Below are positions 47,215-57,226 of a DNA stretch of 64,000 nucleotides, piece after piece. The first letter of the stretch is position 1. Each line of letters opens with the position of its first letter. Under the pieces are notes generated by a model, which saw nothing but the letters and a program-made list of their open reading frames with translations, was not told the origin of the DNA and did not search any database. The stretch lies in the sequence record NC_048182.1; one strand, written 5' to 3'. A program made the translations under genes and the position numbers.

Positions 47215-47577
47215 ATGACTTTCGTTGAACAGTATTCACTGGTAATGCGTCGGTTCTTTAAAGAGAATAAAGATAATGTGGAACGTCTCAAAGAGATGTT
47301 GTGTTATATCCGTCATCCGGATCCAAACTCTATACTAGGTGATATGGAAAGCGCAGCTATCAAAGTTGGCGATGCTACCTTCCGTGTTACCAAAATTCAG
47401 GGTGAGTGGTGTATTCAAATCAAAGATGCGTCGTATAAGAATATCGGGAGTCTGGAATACAAAGATGAGTTCCTGATTTACTGCGATGATATTTCCAAAC
47501 GCACGGTTGCAATTGAGGTTATCAATGAAACCGTTCAAGAACTCAACCTTTTCCAAATTTTATTGGACAACTACTAA
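47215..47577 (+). CDS. Hypothetical protein
   Basis: GAGGA RBS. Confidence 0.75.
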   Translation: MTFVEQYSLVMRRFFKENKDNVERLKEMLCYIRHPDPNSILGDMESAAIKVGDATFRVTKIQGEWCIQIKDASYKNIGSLEYKDEFLIYCDDISKRTVAIEVINETVQELNLFQILLDNY

Positions 47578-48272
47578 TGAATCGTGAATTACTGAAAAGC
47601 ACTGCCATGTTCGTTCTGGACCTGGCAATGGAGTTGGAATACCAACGCCGTCACCCCCGTGAAAAATGTATCGAATACGGCCCGCTTGATTTCACTTTCG
47701 ATGATGAAGGTGAATGTGTAGTCCGTCATCATGATGGTCGACTGGGTGAAATCTCTATTGATCCTGATGAAATCACCGTTAACGTTTCTTATCGTAATAA
47801 GGGCGTGACCATCCGTACCCAATCCGATAAACGTTTGGCACCCCGTGACATTATGGATATTGTCGGTGACTTTTTGGACTACGATCATCACGAAGATGAA
47901 CCTGTCACAGAAGTTAAATCCATCATTGCTCCGCGATCTTCATCGGACAATCCCCCGATTCTTAAATGGTTGCTGATTCCTTATATTGAATATTTGTACA
48001 AAACTCGTGATGAATCATTATCGGGATTAGATTACGAAATGTGGTATACCCAAGAACTTGGATTGGGTAAACAACTGTTCGATGCTATTCAATCCACCTC
48101 TCTCGAAGATATCTCAGAAATGACCTTTGTTAACACAATGGGGGAATTGGGATATCTACCACAAGAAAACTTTGACGATAACGTTCGCACATTGGTAAAA
48201 CTGTTAATTGAAACGGATACGTTTCCTCTCAACTTAACCCCACTTTGTATAAAGTGGATGCCAAAACAATAA
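47577..48272 (+). CDS. Hypothetical protein
   Basis: 231 aa, coupled start. Confidence 0.75.
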   Translation: MNRELLKSTAMFVLDLAMELEYQRRHPREKCIEYGPLDFTFDDEGECVVRHHDGRLGEISIDPDEITVNVSYRNKGVTIRTQSDKRLAPRDIMDIVGDFLDYDHHEDEPVTEVKSIIAPRSSSDNPPILKWLLIPYIEYLYKTRDESLSGLDYEMWYTQELGLGKQLFDAIQSTSLEDISEMTFVNTMGELGYLPQENFDDNVRTLVKLLIETDTFPLNLTPLCIKWMPKQ

Positions 48273-48296
48273 CCTTAATTTAATAAGAGTGATAAA

Positions 48297-48902
48297 ATGA
48301 CTGCATCCAAAATTATTGTAACCAACTCCCAACTTCGTGATATGGCTGAAAAGATTTCTGAGGTTGTTGCTCAAGAAGTAACAGGCATTGAACGCTCACT
48401 TCGGTTGATGGCTGTTCCATTCTGTCCAATCGTTACCTTTTACGAAAACCCTGTCGATGGTTCCACCCGTGCAGAAGTTTGGGTTAACAAGGTCAAGATT
48501 GCTGAGCAGGTTTATCATTCTCAATCTGCTGAAGCCTGGGACCTTTTGGATAAGCGATTGGAAAGTAACACCCACCGGGGATTGGTGAAGTATTTCTACA
48601 CCAAACTGCTGGACTGTGTGAATCTGAAGCTTACCATAACAGAACTCCTGAACAAAGGTAATGGTTCGGTCGTACTTCCAAACGGCCAAACCCTGACATC
48701 AGAAGTTCGTCACGGAGCTTATTCTCGATCTGTTGGACTACGTCAGAAGGATACTTATCCTATCTTCTCTATACAAGTTGACCAAACAGAACAAGATATT
48801 CAACATGTTTTAACCAACGTTTGTTACCAATGGACAGATCCAGGTATGTTGGCTCCAGGCGACCATTACATCGAAATTCCTTCGGAGGCTTTTGATGCGT
48901 AA
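48297..48902 (+). CDS. Hypothetical protein (probable paralog of 50887)
   Basis: IVT...LR..AE N-terminus; G.YS...GL..KD motif. Confidence 0.75.
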   Translation: MTASKIIVTNSQLRDMAEKISEVVAQEVTGIERSLRLMAVPFCPIVTFYENPVDGSTRAEVWVNKVKIAEQVYHSQSAEAWDLLDKRLESNTHRGLVKYFYTKLLDCVNLKLTITELLNKGNGSVVLPNGQTLTSEVRHGAYSRSVGLRQKDTYPIFSIQVDQTEQDIQHVLTNVCYQWTDPGMLAPGDHYIEIPSEAFDA

Positions 48903-49329
48903 GGAAGAGATAATCTGGGAAGACCTGGTTAACTCTGCTCCATCTAGTTGGTGGGGTACAATAATGAAATGGACTTTTGCTCTGTTGAAACTTCTCCACA
49001 TCCGAGTCTTTCAACTGGATGGGTCCAAACGTAAACGTCGATTCCTTCATTTAGATTTGTACCAATTACGTTATGTTTCCACATGGAAACGCGGCTGGGT
49101 AGATCTTCGCTACATGGATGAATCAGGTCGATTAATGGTGACCCGTTTTAAGGTTTCTGAGTGGTGGGGTAACATCTATCTTCAAGAAACATCTAAGCCG
49201 GTTAAACCAGCTAAATCAACCAAAGGTCCTGCTACTTTTAAAATAGCCGACCATGGCGGTTCCGTGTTATTTTGGTTAGGTACTGTTAGACGTAAAGTTT
49301 GGGCAGTGGGTTATAACCAGACCATGTAA
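48892..49329 (+). CDS. Basic Trp-rich hypothetical protein
   Basis: 145 aa ORF. Confidence 0.65.
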   Translation: MMRKEEIIWEDLVNSAPSSWWGTIMKWTFALLKLLHIRVFQLDGSKRKRRFLHLDLYQLRYVSTWKRGWVDLRYMDESGRLMVTRFKVSEWWGNIYLQETSKPVKPAKSTKGPATFKIADHGGSVLFWLGTVRRKVWAVGYNQTM

Positions 49330-49332
49330 TAC

Positions 49333-49364
49333 AACCTACCTACCCCGTGAGGAGTAGGTAGGTT
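49333..49364 (+). terminator. Intrinsic terminator
   Basis: AACCTACCTAC...GTAGGTAGGTT followed by T-rich sequence. Confidence 0.8.
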
Positions 49365-49392
49365 TATTTGATTCGTATTATTTTTGAAACAG

Positions 49393-49406
49393 ATATTATC
49401 GTGGTG
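49393..49406 (+). promoter_or_regulatory. Putative early promoter
   Basis: ATATTAT-CGTGG-TG. Confidence 0.65.
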
Positions 49407-49448
49407 TAGAAGATAAACTAATTTAATTCAACCGAAGAGAGAATCATT

Positions 49449-50258
49449 ATGAAAATCAAACTTGATCATTACATCGCTAAGATAATTGCAGAACAGGCGA
49501 AGAAAACAGTTTTGGAATGTATTGACAAAAACCTGATGTCAGCCGAGTTCGAAGTTAACGACATCAAAGGTACGGTGAATGTCGCTAAGATGGATCATCT
49601 ATCTCTAACCCCTGGCAGTAGCAATACATACCAATATTCCGTGCGGTTGTTCAACAACATCCAGTTGGTGACTGGCGCTCCTGTTGTTAAGCATACCGGT
49701 TGTGGGATAAATATTCAGCGTGCAGTTATGTCAGCTATTGGTGTACTGGTCATGCAAGAGACCAGTCCGGCAGTTGTATCGCAACGGTTGGCCGAAGTGA
49801 TTCGCCAAACCATAGCAACTCCTAATTTGGAGCATGAGTTTGTCTTGTTTGAAGAATTGAGAATCAAACTCCAATACCGTGAATGCGAAAATGAGTTCTC
49901 GTATTTCATTGATGTTGAAACGGATGAACGAACCATTGCCAAGTATTATAACTACGGTAAAACTCAGAACTCCGTTAACCCTTATTTTACAGGGGTTATG
50001 AATCCCCTGGTTAGTATCGCGTCTGGATTCCAACCTTCTAAGGAAAGAAAATTTTACATTACCGAATTCACTACTTTCCAAAATTTATCGATGTTGGGCG
50101 GTGGGTGCCCTACAGCTATGATTAACCCAGGCCAGCCTCTCCCTCATCAATATAACCCTAGTATATATGGTTACGCTGGGATTAATAACCCAATGACGCC
50201 TAACAATTTTGATCTTTTTAACAATCGTAATGGCAACGATCCATTCTCTCATTTTTAA
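49449..50258 (+). CDS. Hypothetical protein with an N/P/G-rich tail
   Basis: 269 aa ORF. Confidence 0.75.
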   Translation: MKIKLDHYIAKIIAEQAKKTVLECIDKNLMSAEFEVNDIKGTVNVAKMDHLSLTPGSSNTYQYSVRLFNNIQLVTGAPVVKHTGCGINIQRAVMSAIGVLVMQETSPAVVSQRLAEVIRQTIATPNLEHEFVLFEELRIKLQYRECENEFSYFIDVETDERTIAKYYNYGKTQNSVNPYFTGVMNPLVSIASGFQPSKERKFYITEFTTFQNLSMLGGGCPTAMINPGQPLPHQYNPSIYGYAGINNPMTPNNFDLFNNRNGNDPFSHF

Positions 50259-50269
50259 GGAAAGTAACA

Positions 50270-50887
50270 GTGTTAATTAATAACGAAACGGTATCTGTTC
50301 TGTCTGACACTCTGAAAGAACGTCTTAAAGAGATGTTAGAAAAAGAAGAGATGCAAGTGTATCATGCTACTACCAAACATGATATCCCATTCCGCATCAC
50401 AATCCATTCCAACCCTGCTGCCAAGATCAATAAGGTTGAAGTGGATATTTGCGCTCAAACCAGACTGACTGGAAATATCCCGTTTAATAGCTCTAAGGCT
50501 AAGACAACGCGTTCTATCCAGCTGGCCTTACTGTTCAGTCAAATTCCAAAAGTGGCAGAAAACCTTGTGTTTGATATTGTCGCTCAATCTATCCGTGAAG
50601 GCGATGTCTTGGCCGATGTATTAAACGGTTTGACTAATGAAGTTAAAGTGGTCACTCCGCTGGGTATCGATGTCTATTGTCATACTGACACTGATCATCG
50701 GGTATTTCAAATCACCAAAGCAGGTAAGCAGGTTTATGCGTTTGAAGAAGCGCTTAACCTGGTAGATGGTGGGGACATTGAAATGATGCGCCCTACCAAA
50801 GACCTGATTGAAATGACTTCAACTATCCTCCGTAAGGCTTTTACGGAAGGTGACTTTACTCCATTTGAAACTGAGGTACTGCTGTAA
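50270..50887 (+). CDS. Hypothetical protein
   Basis: GTG start with an AAGGA RBS. Confidence 0.75.
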   Translation: MLINNETVSVLSDTLKERLKEMLEKEEMQVYHATTKHDIPFRITIHSNPAAKINKVEVDICAQTRLTGNIPFNSSKAKTTRSIQLALLFSQIPKVAENLVFDIVAQSIREGDVLADVLNGLTNEVKVVTPLGIDVYCHTDTDHRVFQITKAGKQVYAFEEALNLVDGGDIEMMRPTKDLIEMTSTILRKAFTEGDFTPFETEVLL

Positions 50888-51504
50888 TGATCGTGACTAA
50901 AGAGAGCTTAAGAACTATCGCTGAGTTAGCCACGCAACATATCGCTGATAATGCAATTGTCACCGGTAAGTTTGTCGAAGATCTAAATGGTGACATTGTA
51001 CTGACCTTTGACAATAAGGTCGACATTCCTCGAGATTTTGCTTCTTGTAAGATCACCCATCATGGATTGGATTTAGGGACTATTCAAATCCCTGATTTAA
51101 ATCTCTTCTATAAACAAGCCAATGGTGGTATTGCTCCTCAGCTTTGGCAGAACAAAACTGCGTCCTATATTTATCGTCAATTGTTGAAATACCTGGTCAA
51201 GTTGTTCATGCACAACGACCCGGCTATGATTGATGTTAAAACCCGTATTGAACAAAGCGACGATGTTGTTCAATGGTCCGTTTCCAATCTCCAGTTCTTT
51301 GGCCATTATTCCAAACAAGGCGCTGGATTGAAAGTGAAAGACGGCCAGACCATCCTGTATGAAAACATCAAATCTAACAAGATTGGTGTTACCACAGAAC
51401 TGGGTTACCAAGCGTTAAACATTAACAACGTTATTGGTGATGCTTCCCGCGTGTTGATGACTGCCGTTGGTCTTGGTATGACTCAGTTCCCAGTAGAGGT
51501 CTAA
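50887..51504 (+). CDS. Hypothetical protein (probable paralog of 48297)
   Basis: MIVTKESLRTIAE; GHYSKQGAGLKVKD. Confidence 0.75.
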   Translation: MIVTKESLRTIAELATQHIADNAIVTGKFVEDLNGDIVLTFDNKVDIPRDFASCKITHHGLDLGTIQIPDLNLFYKQANGGIAPQLWQNKTASYIYRQLLKYLVKLFMHNDPAMIDVKTRIEQSDDVVQWSVSNLQFFGHYSKQGAGLKVKDGQTILYENIKSNKIGVTTELGYQALNINNVIGDASRVLMTAVGLGMTQFPVEV

Positions 51505-51505
51505 T

Positions 51506-51826
51506 ATGGCCGTCCCTAAGAAGCATGCTCCACGAGTTGCAAAGTTTGTGGAGATTGTGATAGGGATGGTTGTTGAAGAGAAGCTGTCAAGAGCATTCCA
51601 TAGAGCGGGTGATCTTGATGGCAACTACCGACTTTCCCTATTTAGTACTGGACTTCTACCTTGGTACAATGATGACCGAATAGAATTTCAGGCAGCAGTG
51701 AATGATAAGAAGACTGAGTGCTTCTTTATATCTGGAAAGGATCTTGCCGATAAAAAGGTTGATCCTGCTTTAGTAAAAACCGTCGCAGATGCGATAATGA
51801 AACTCCGCATAAAGGAAATAAAATGA
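51506..51826 (+). CDS. Hypothetical protein
   Basis: GAGG RBS. Confidence 0.7.
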   Translation: MAVPKKHAPRVAKFVEIVIGMVVEEKLSRAFHRAGDLDGNYRLSLFSTGLLPWYNDDRIEFQAAVNDKKTECFFISGKDLADKKVDPALVKTVADAIMKLRIKEIK

Positions 51827-52530
51827 AACAGATCGCTGTTAGTGAAATCAAAGATCTTCGTCCCGTCATCCGTGGGTTGGTTTCTGCAACCCTGAATGAT
51901 ATCACCTCTCAGGCTGATTATAAGTCGATCACCCCGTTCAAACAGACCCTGTCTATTGAAGGTCACTTGGTAACGGCATCCTATACACCAATCTTCTCTG
52001 GTGATCTGGATGGTGATGTTCCTGAACATACCTGCGGTCGCTCTAAGCGTGTCGGGCTGCTGGATCTGAGCTGTGCTACTGAGGTCCCTTACCAGATCAA
52101 TTTCCAGGAAGATGATTTTGGTAAGCCAGTACCTGAAGAGATCATCGACTCTCTCACTGATGGATACATCAATTACCTGACTCTCGCAGCATGCGATAGC
52201 TATCTGATTAGTTCAGGTATTTCTCAGGACATTAACGACGCGGTCTCTAACGGCGACTTCGGTGTGCTGGAAGCGCAAGCAGGTGGATTGATCGAAGTGA
52301 GCTATAGCGAAAACTCGCATCACATCGAATACAAATCACCAACTGGTGAAATGCGTTTCAAAATGGAATATGACGACGGTGTCATGTTACATAACCTGGA
52401 TCCACAATTCCATGTTCAAGCGGTTGCTGGTAATTATGCCCGCTGCTTGCTGGATGCAATGGCCAATGGTTTCATCATGGCAGACCTGACAGTCAACCTG
52501 GGCGATAAAAGCCTGTTCCAGCCAAAATAA
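51823..52530 (+). CDS. Hypothetical protein
   Basis: 235 aa with an AAGGA RBS. Confidence 0.75.
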   Translation: MKQIAVSEIKDLRPVIRGLVSATLNDITSQADYKSITPFKQTLSIEGHLVTASYTPIFSGDLDGDVPEHTCGRSKRVGLLDLSCATEVPYQINFQEDDFGKPVPEEIIDSLTDGYINYLTLAACDSYLISSGISQDINDAVSNGDFGVLEAQAGGLIEVSYSENSHHIEYKSPTGEMRFKMEYDDGVMLHNLDPQFHVQAVAGNYARCLLDAMANGFIMADLTVNLGDKSLFQPK

Positions 52531-52571
52531 GTAAAACACTTTAACTTTAACTTTTATATAGAGATTGGACG

Positions 52572-52853
52572 ATGATTAATAACGATACAGTAATGAAATG
52601 TGTTAATGATGCAGCAGCAGTATTTCACAAGCGTCAGGCTGGGTTAAGTGCTGTTGAGAAGCAGTATGCCGACAACGGTACTTTAGTGACCTGTACTCTT
52701 ACAGGCTACCATTCTTCTCGTAAGAATCAGGTCATTGAAGTTAAACTCAATGACGCCGTTATTGACCGTGTGATCATCGCCAATCTCCGTATGAAGCACA
52801 AGTGTAACTTCCGTCACATCTATGATGTCCGTACTCGTACTTCAGGGATGTAA
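52572..52853 (+). CDS. Hypothetical protein
   Basis: 93 aa ORF. Confidence 0.7.
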   Translation: MINNDTVMKCVNDAAAVFHKRQAGLSAVEKQYADNGTLVTCTLTGYHSSRKNQVIEVKLNDAVIDRVIIANLRMKHKCNFRHIYDVRTRTSGM

Positions 52854-52952
52854 TATGTCTAACTCGCCTAACAGAGCTCGTGCTCACCGTCACTCCGAAA
52901 AACTATTAAAGGGGTAGCAATTCTGTTACCCCCATATCTTCGGAGAATCCTT

Positions 52953-53198
52953 ATGAACCGTACTCGTGCATATCGTCGTCATAAACTGCAAGTGAAGAAA
53001 GCAAAAGTATCTCGCTATTGGAATGCCAATACGTGGGAATATGGCGGGTACCAAAGGCAGCACGATAAGGCGATTATTGGCCGTGTGGCGAATACTCCAA
53101 AAGCCTGTGCATGCTGGATGTGCGCTAATGCCCGCCAAGTTTTCGGTGTACCATTTGCAGATGTAAGACGTAAGCAACTTTACGCTGACCAGGAGTAG
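52953..53198 (+). CDS. Small basic Zn-finger-like protein (CxCxxC)
   Basis: TPKACACWMCANAR; GGAG RBS. Confidence 0.75.
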   Translation: MNRTRAYRRHKLQVKKAKVSRYWNANTWEYGGYQRQHDKAIIGRVANTPKACACWMCANARQVFGVPFADVRRKQLYADQE

Positions 53199-53202
53199 TA
53201 AA

Positions 53203-53664
53203 ATGCAGCGATTCGAATTTGAAGTCATTGGGTCTGTACTAACTGTGTTCGATCTGACTAATAACGGATCGCTGCGCATTCATTGCAAGCCATTGAAGAA
53301 ACCCGAGATCTCTCCGGTCTTCGCCTTGTGGAATGATTTAGAAGTTGATTTAAACAACAACGATCTTTATCTGTCACTTCACGGAATAAATACCGTTGTT
53401 CATTCTAAGCAGTTCAATCTCAAGGGAGAAGTAGAGCTTCGCTCCTCTCACCTTGTGGATCCTATTATCTTTAATAGTAGTGTCAACATGTCCTCGATAA
53501 GAGCGCGCACTACTATCATGAACTCGAAGCTCAAACATTTAGGTATTACCCACTTCGGTAACGTTACCTTTAATGAATGCGACTTTGGACATATCCGCAC
53601 GGGTATCCCTAAGAACCAACGTGCTAACCTTGTATACTTCCAAAATAGATTAGTGGGGAATTAA
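53203..53664 (+). CDS. Hypothetical protein with a beta-helix-like C-terminus
   Basis: Similar to the 53666 ORF. Confidence 0.7.
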   Translation: MQRFEFEVIGSVLTVFDLTNNGSLRIHCKPLKKPEISPVFALWNDLEVDLNNNDLYLSLHGINTVVHSKQFNLKGEVELRSSHLVDPIIFNSSVNMSSIRARTTIMNSKLKHLGITHFGNVTFNECDFGHIRTGIPKNQRANLVYFQNRLVGN

Positions 53665-53665
53665 C

Positions 53666-54181
53666 ATGTCACGTTTCAAGACCCAGTTAGATACAGTTTT
53701 GCGTAACCTTATCGTAATCGATACAGAAACCGAAAACAAACTCATCATTACTCAGAAACAATCAACCTCCCATTGGGGTTCGTTGGAACTGCTTGATGAA
53801 GAAGACCGCCTGGTTACTTTTGCTAACGATATTCAGAATGACCTGGATACTGGCGTACTGGCATTAGAACTGTTCGGTGATTCTACTATCACCTTCGATG
53901 ACAATAACTACCCTAACCTGTCCGGCGGGGTTTATCTGCGTAATTGTCATCTACACAACCCAGGTCTGACTAACGTCCGTTTACAAGATGTGATTGTCAC
54001 TAATACAATCAGCCTGACCCTTAGCTACTCAACCATCGATGAATTCAAATGGGAACATACGGAGAAACTCCATATCTCCCACTGCTTCATTAATGACAAG
54101 TATCGCGATATCAAAGATCGTGCTTCTAAAACCGCTAACGAGTGGTTCATGAATAATCGTGTTGATGGGGAAATGTGGTAA
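53666..54181 (+). CDS. Hypothetical protein with a beta-helix-like C-terminus
   Basis: VYLRNCHLHN..LTNVRLQDV..ISHCFIND periodicity. Confidence 0.7.
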   Translation: MSRFKTQLDTVLRNLIVIDTETENKLIITQKQSTSHWGSLELLDEEDRLVTFANDIQNDLDTGVLALELFGDSTITFDDNNYPNLSGGVYLRNCHLHNPGLTNVRLQDVIVTNTISLTLSYSTIDEFKWEHTEKLHISHCFINDKYRDIKDRASKTANEWFMNNRVDGEMW

Positions 54182-54510
54182 TGTCAAAAGGCTGGTCCGA
54201 TGGTGAGTGGACGTACATACCGGTTACTTTCACTCGTCCCATTATTGATACCGGTAAGACAGAACCACTTTGTTATATTTTAGAAAAGCTACCCAATCAT
54301 AGGGTAGCTAACCCAAACACATTACGAATGCATTTCCTTAACTGGATCGCTAACAACAATTTACAAGTTGGATTCGGTTACGAGTTTCTTCCTGATTTCC
54401 CGCGCTTATGTTTACCAATGGTAACTTATTTGCATAGCTTAAATTTAATTGCCGGATTCGATATTAACGATTACGGCTTTGTTACTTACGATAAGGATCT
54501 GTTAGAATGA
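54175..54510 (+). CDS. Hypothetical protein
   Basis: 111 aa, coupled to its neighbours. Confidence 0.7.
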   Translation: MVMSKGWSDGEWTYIPVTFTRPIIDTGKTEPLCYILEKLPNHRVANPNTLRMHFLNWIANNNLQVGFGYEFLPDFPRLCLPMVTYLHSLNLIAGFDINDYGFVTYDKDLLE

Positions 54511-56297
54511 AAGTTACTCTTTTGCTTGAGACTATTATCACTTCTGGTTTGTCCATGATTGCCCAACATCATGGTGGGACTATCGATACTCAAGCCAAAT
54601 TGCGCAATATCCTGACCAATGCAGCGATGACAGAAACCGGCCATATTCAAGGGCGTACTCATGAAGAAATCCAAGATCTGATTGCTCATGCTGTCGAATC
54701 GCGTGACCTGTCTTTGCTGATTGATATCACTAAAGAAATCGGAGTACATCGCCCTGGTGATTTACTGGGTTATTCTCGCGATGTTAAACGAATCCTTGAA
54801 GAGAGTGGATATACCACAGAACCTCTGTACTTGGCTCGCGATAATGAAATGATCAACCCAGGTCATGTTTCACAACACCTGGCAACAGGTCAAGTTCTTT
54901 ATCGTCTCCGTCAGGTTTATGTTTCTATCTCAAATACCGCCCTTTGTGCAGAGGACCGTTTAAAGGCAGTTAACATCTTTATTTCAATGTTAATTTGTAA
55001 TCCGCATTTACAACGCCGCGTAATTGACATGTGTTTAACCCCTGCGGTTATGGCAAATCACTTTGATCCATTGATGCCAGAAGCACGATTGGTTCGTTTG
55101 AAACACGTGCTGACTCAAATGGCGTCTGACACCATGTATAACCTGGAGCAAGAAGATAAGCCTCCGGTAGTCCCTCCTCTGAATCTGGTAGATGATGAGC
55201 CAGAAGAAAACTATGTCCCTAAACCAGTTCCTTGGTTACACTTCAGCGGTACTGATCACTTGGTAGCAATGAAACAAGAACATGGATCTCTGCAAGAGCA
55301 ACTGTCAGTATTCCATGGTTTACTTACTACCAAGGAAGGTACCCCAGAAGCACGTTTCCGTAATGCGGTCGCTTACGTCCATCGTTCTGAGTATCAACCT
55401 GCTTTATGTAAACTGTTGTTTGATAAAAACGGCATAGACTATCTGGAAACACTACACGATAATCGTTACCGCGCAGAGTTGGTTGGCGATGCTATTCGTA
55501 AAGAAGTTTCCAAGAAGCCAGAGACCAAATCTATCTACTCTCACCCTGGTCGTGCCAAGGCTGTTCAGATTGATCCAGGTACTGGTAAAACTAAGTCACC
55601 AATGGCTCAGGCTTTAGCTATAGCCGAAGAACAACAACGGTCGGTAGTTAAAAATGACATAGGGTCGCAGCTTAATGAGTTAATCCGGATCTTTGGTCCT
55701 CAAGCCCGCATCATTCCTTTTGGTGGTGCTAATCTACCTAAAGACCCATTGGCTGCAGTTAAAGCGATTATGGCTCAGTTGGATTTCGGTAACACTAGCG
55801 ATACTGTTCATACTTCTGAAACAACTGAACGCATTAAAACAGCCCTACCAGGACTGTTCAATGAAGACGGAACTCTGAACATGGTGGCTATTTGTACTCG
55901 TGCCAAAGATGAACCAAAAGCTCCTGAACCTAAGCCTATTGAAATCTCTGGTGGCGATCAGCAACTGCGTGATGATATCATTGCGATGTTCCAGGCACGT
56001 GGTGTCAAATACAAAGTTGTTGACGATGTTCCAAATATCGGGATCCACGAAGTTCATACTTACCAGATCCAGGTTGGTGGTGCAATCGTAGCTTTACAGC
56101 ACACTCCGTTTGATAAGAGCTGTAAATTGACCGCTCATCCTGTTGAAGGTAAAGCTTCGATGAAACCTTTAAACTGGCAAGCGCCAACGGAACATGTCCC
56201 AGAAATTTGGGATGAAATCCGTAATGCGTTAAACTACCAGGATGCTTATTGGCGTATTAACCATTTCTTGGATGAAGCTGGTTACGATACTTACTAA
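54507..56297 (+). CDS. Large multidomain hypothetical protein
   Basis: 596 aa with Pro-rich linkers; no recognised motif. Confidence 0.8.
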   Translation: MKVTLLLETIITSGLSMIAQHHGGTIDTQAKLRNILTNAAMTETGHIQGRTHEEIQDLIAHAVESRDLSLLIDITKEIGVHRPGDLLGYSRDVKRILEESGYTTEPLYLARDNEMINPGHVSQHLATGQVLYRLRQVYVSISNTALCAEDRLKAVNIFISMLICNPHLQRRVIDMCLTPAVMANHFDPLMPEARLVRLKHVLTQMASDTMYNLEQEDKPPVVPPLNLVDDEPEENYVPKPVPWLHFSGTDHLVAMKQEHGSLQEQLSVFHGLLTTKEGTPEARFRNAVAYVHRSEYQPALCKLLFDKNGIDYLETLHDNRYRAELVGDAIRKEVSKKPETKSIYSHPGRAKAVQIDPGTGKTKSPMAQALAIAEEQQRSVVKNDIGSQLNELIRIFGPQARIIPFGGANLPKDPLAAVKAIMAQLDFGNTSDTVHTSETTERIKTALPGLFNEDGTLNMVAICTRAKDEPKAPEPKPIEISGGDQQLRDDIIAMFQARGVKYKVVDDVPNIGIHEVHTYQIQVGGAIVALQHTPFDKSCKLTAHPVEGKASMKPLNWQAPTEHVPEIWDEIRNALNYQDAYWRINHFLDEAGYDTY

Positions 56298-56304
56298 CTA
56301 GTAC

Positions 56305-56332
56305 CCTACCTACTCCTTGCGGGGTAGGTAGG
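56305..56332 (+). terminator. Intrinsic terminator
   Basis: CCTACCTACTCC-TTGC-GGGGTAGGTAGG. Confidence 0.8.
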
Positions 56333-56379
56333 TTCTATTATTAATTTTATTTTTAGTTGGGGTATATATTTTTAGACAA

Positions 56380-56393
56380 ATATTATCTAGATG
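56380..56393 (+). promoter_or_regulatory. Putative early promoter
   Basis: ATATTAT-CTAGA-TG. Confidence 0.65.
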
Positions 56394-56415
56394 TATAACG
56401 TAGAGGAATTCATCA

Positions 56416-56874
56416 ATGAACGATAAACCTAGAGATATTGCTAAGTCTCTATTATTCAACGCACTCAGTGATGTGCTAAAAGACATCCATTACCATGGGG
56501 ATGATTTAACAATGCCCCAGGATAAAAGTTATGAACACTATCGTGACATGGGGTTCCTTGTAAAGAAAGCAGATAAGGATGGAGAAGATCAGTCAGATTA
56601 CGATCTTTACTTTATTGGGTTAAGAGTTGGAAAACCTCAATCCATGCCCTACGATGCTTTTGAACTTGTACGTCGCGGGGGTGAACTCCATATGCGAGCC
56701 AATGGTAAAATTGGACATCTCATTACCTTTACAGGAAAAGGTGCGGAGATGGTAACTAACGACTTCTTAATGAATATCATTGAACGTTCAATGATTGAAA
56801 ACACTGAGATGCTCGCTGCCATCGACTCGCTAGATAAGGGGAAGAAAAGTGAGATTAGAAAAACTAGTAAGTGA
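56416..56874 (+). CDS. Hypothetical protein
   Basis: GAGGA RBS. Confidence 0.75.
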   Translation: MNDKPRDIAKSLLFNALSDVLKDIHYHGDDLTMPQDKSYEHYRDMGFLVKKADKDGEDQSDYDLYFIGLRVGKPQSMPYDAFELVRRGGELHMRANGKIGHLITFTGKGAEMVTNDFLMNIIERSMIENTEMLAAIDSLDKGKKSEIRKTSK

Positions 56875-57226
56875 TATCCTTAATGATGCTGCTTATTTAA
56901 AAGAACAAAAACCTTATAAGAATGTTTACTTCATTAAGGTTTTGAATCCAGGCGATAAAACCAACCTATTTGTTAGCTTCCGTTGGAAGTCATCAGGTGG
57001 TGAAGTCTTTATTTGCCGTATGGATATAAACTTAGAAAAGACAGAGCGAAACGTTAAACTTGGTGTGCATCATTTAAAACCATACCAAAGGGAATCTTTC
57101 ACTATCTTTTCTAAATCGTTAACCATTGGGCACCGTTCCATCGTTGATATCATCAATGGAACCGTGATTCCTACTTTCGTAGAAAAACTTAATAAATTAG
57201 AGGTAATGTTACATGGCAGCAACTAG
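56849..57226 (+). CDS. Hypothetical protein
   Basis: GTG start with a GGGG RBS. Confidence 0.65.
   Translation: MRLEKLVSDILNDAAYLKEQKPYKNVYFIKVLNPGDKTNLFVSFRWKSSGGEVFICRMDINLEKTERNVKLGVHHLKPYQRESFTIFSKSLTIGHRSIVDIINGTVIPTFVEKLNKLEVMLHGSN

Noticed and set aside
48892-49329. HLDLYQL motif resembling TsaE
   Set aside because: No P-loop or other TsaE features.
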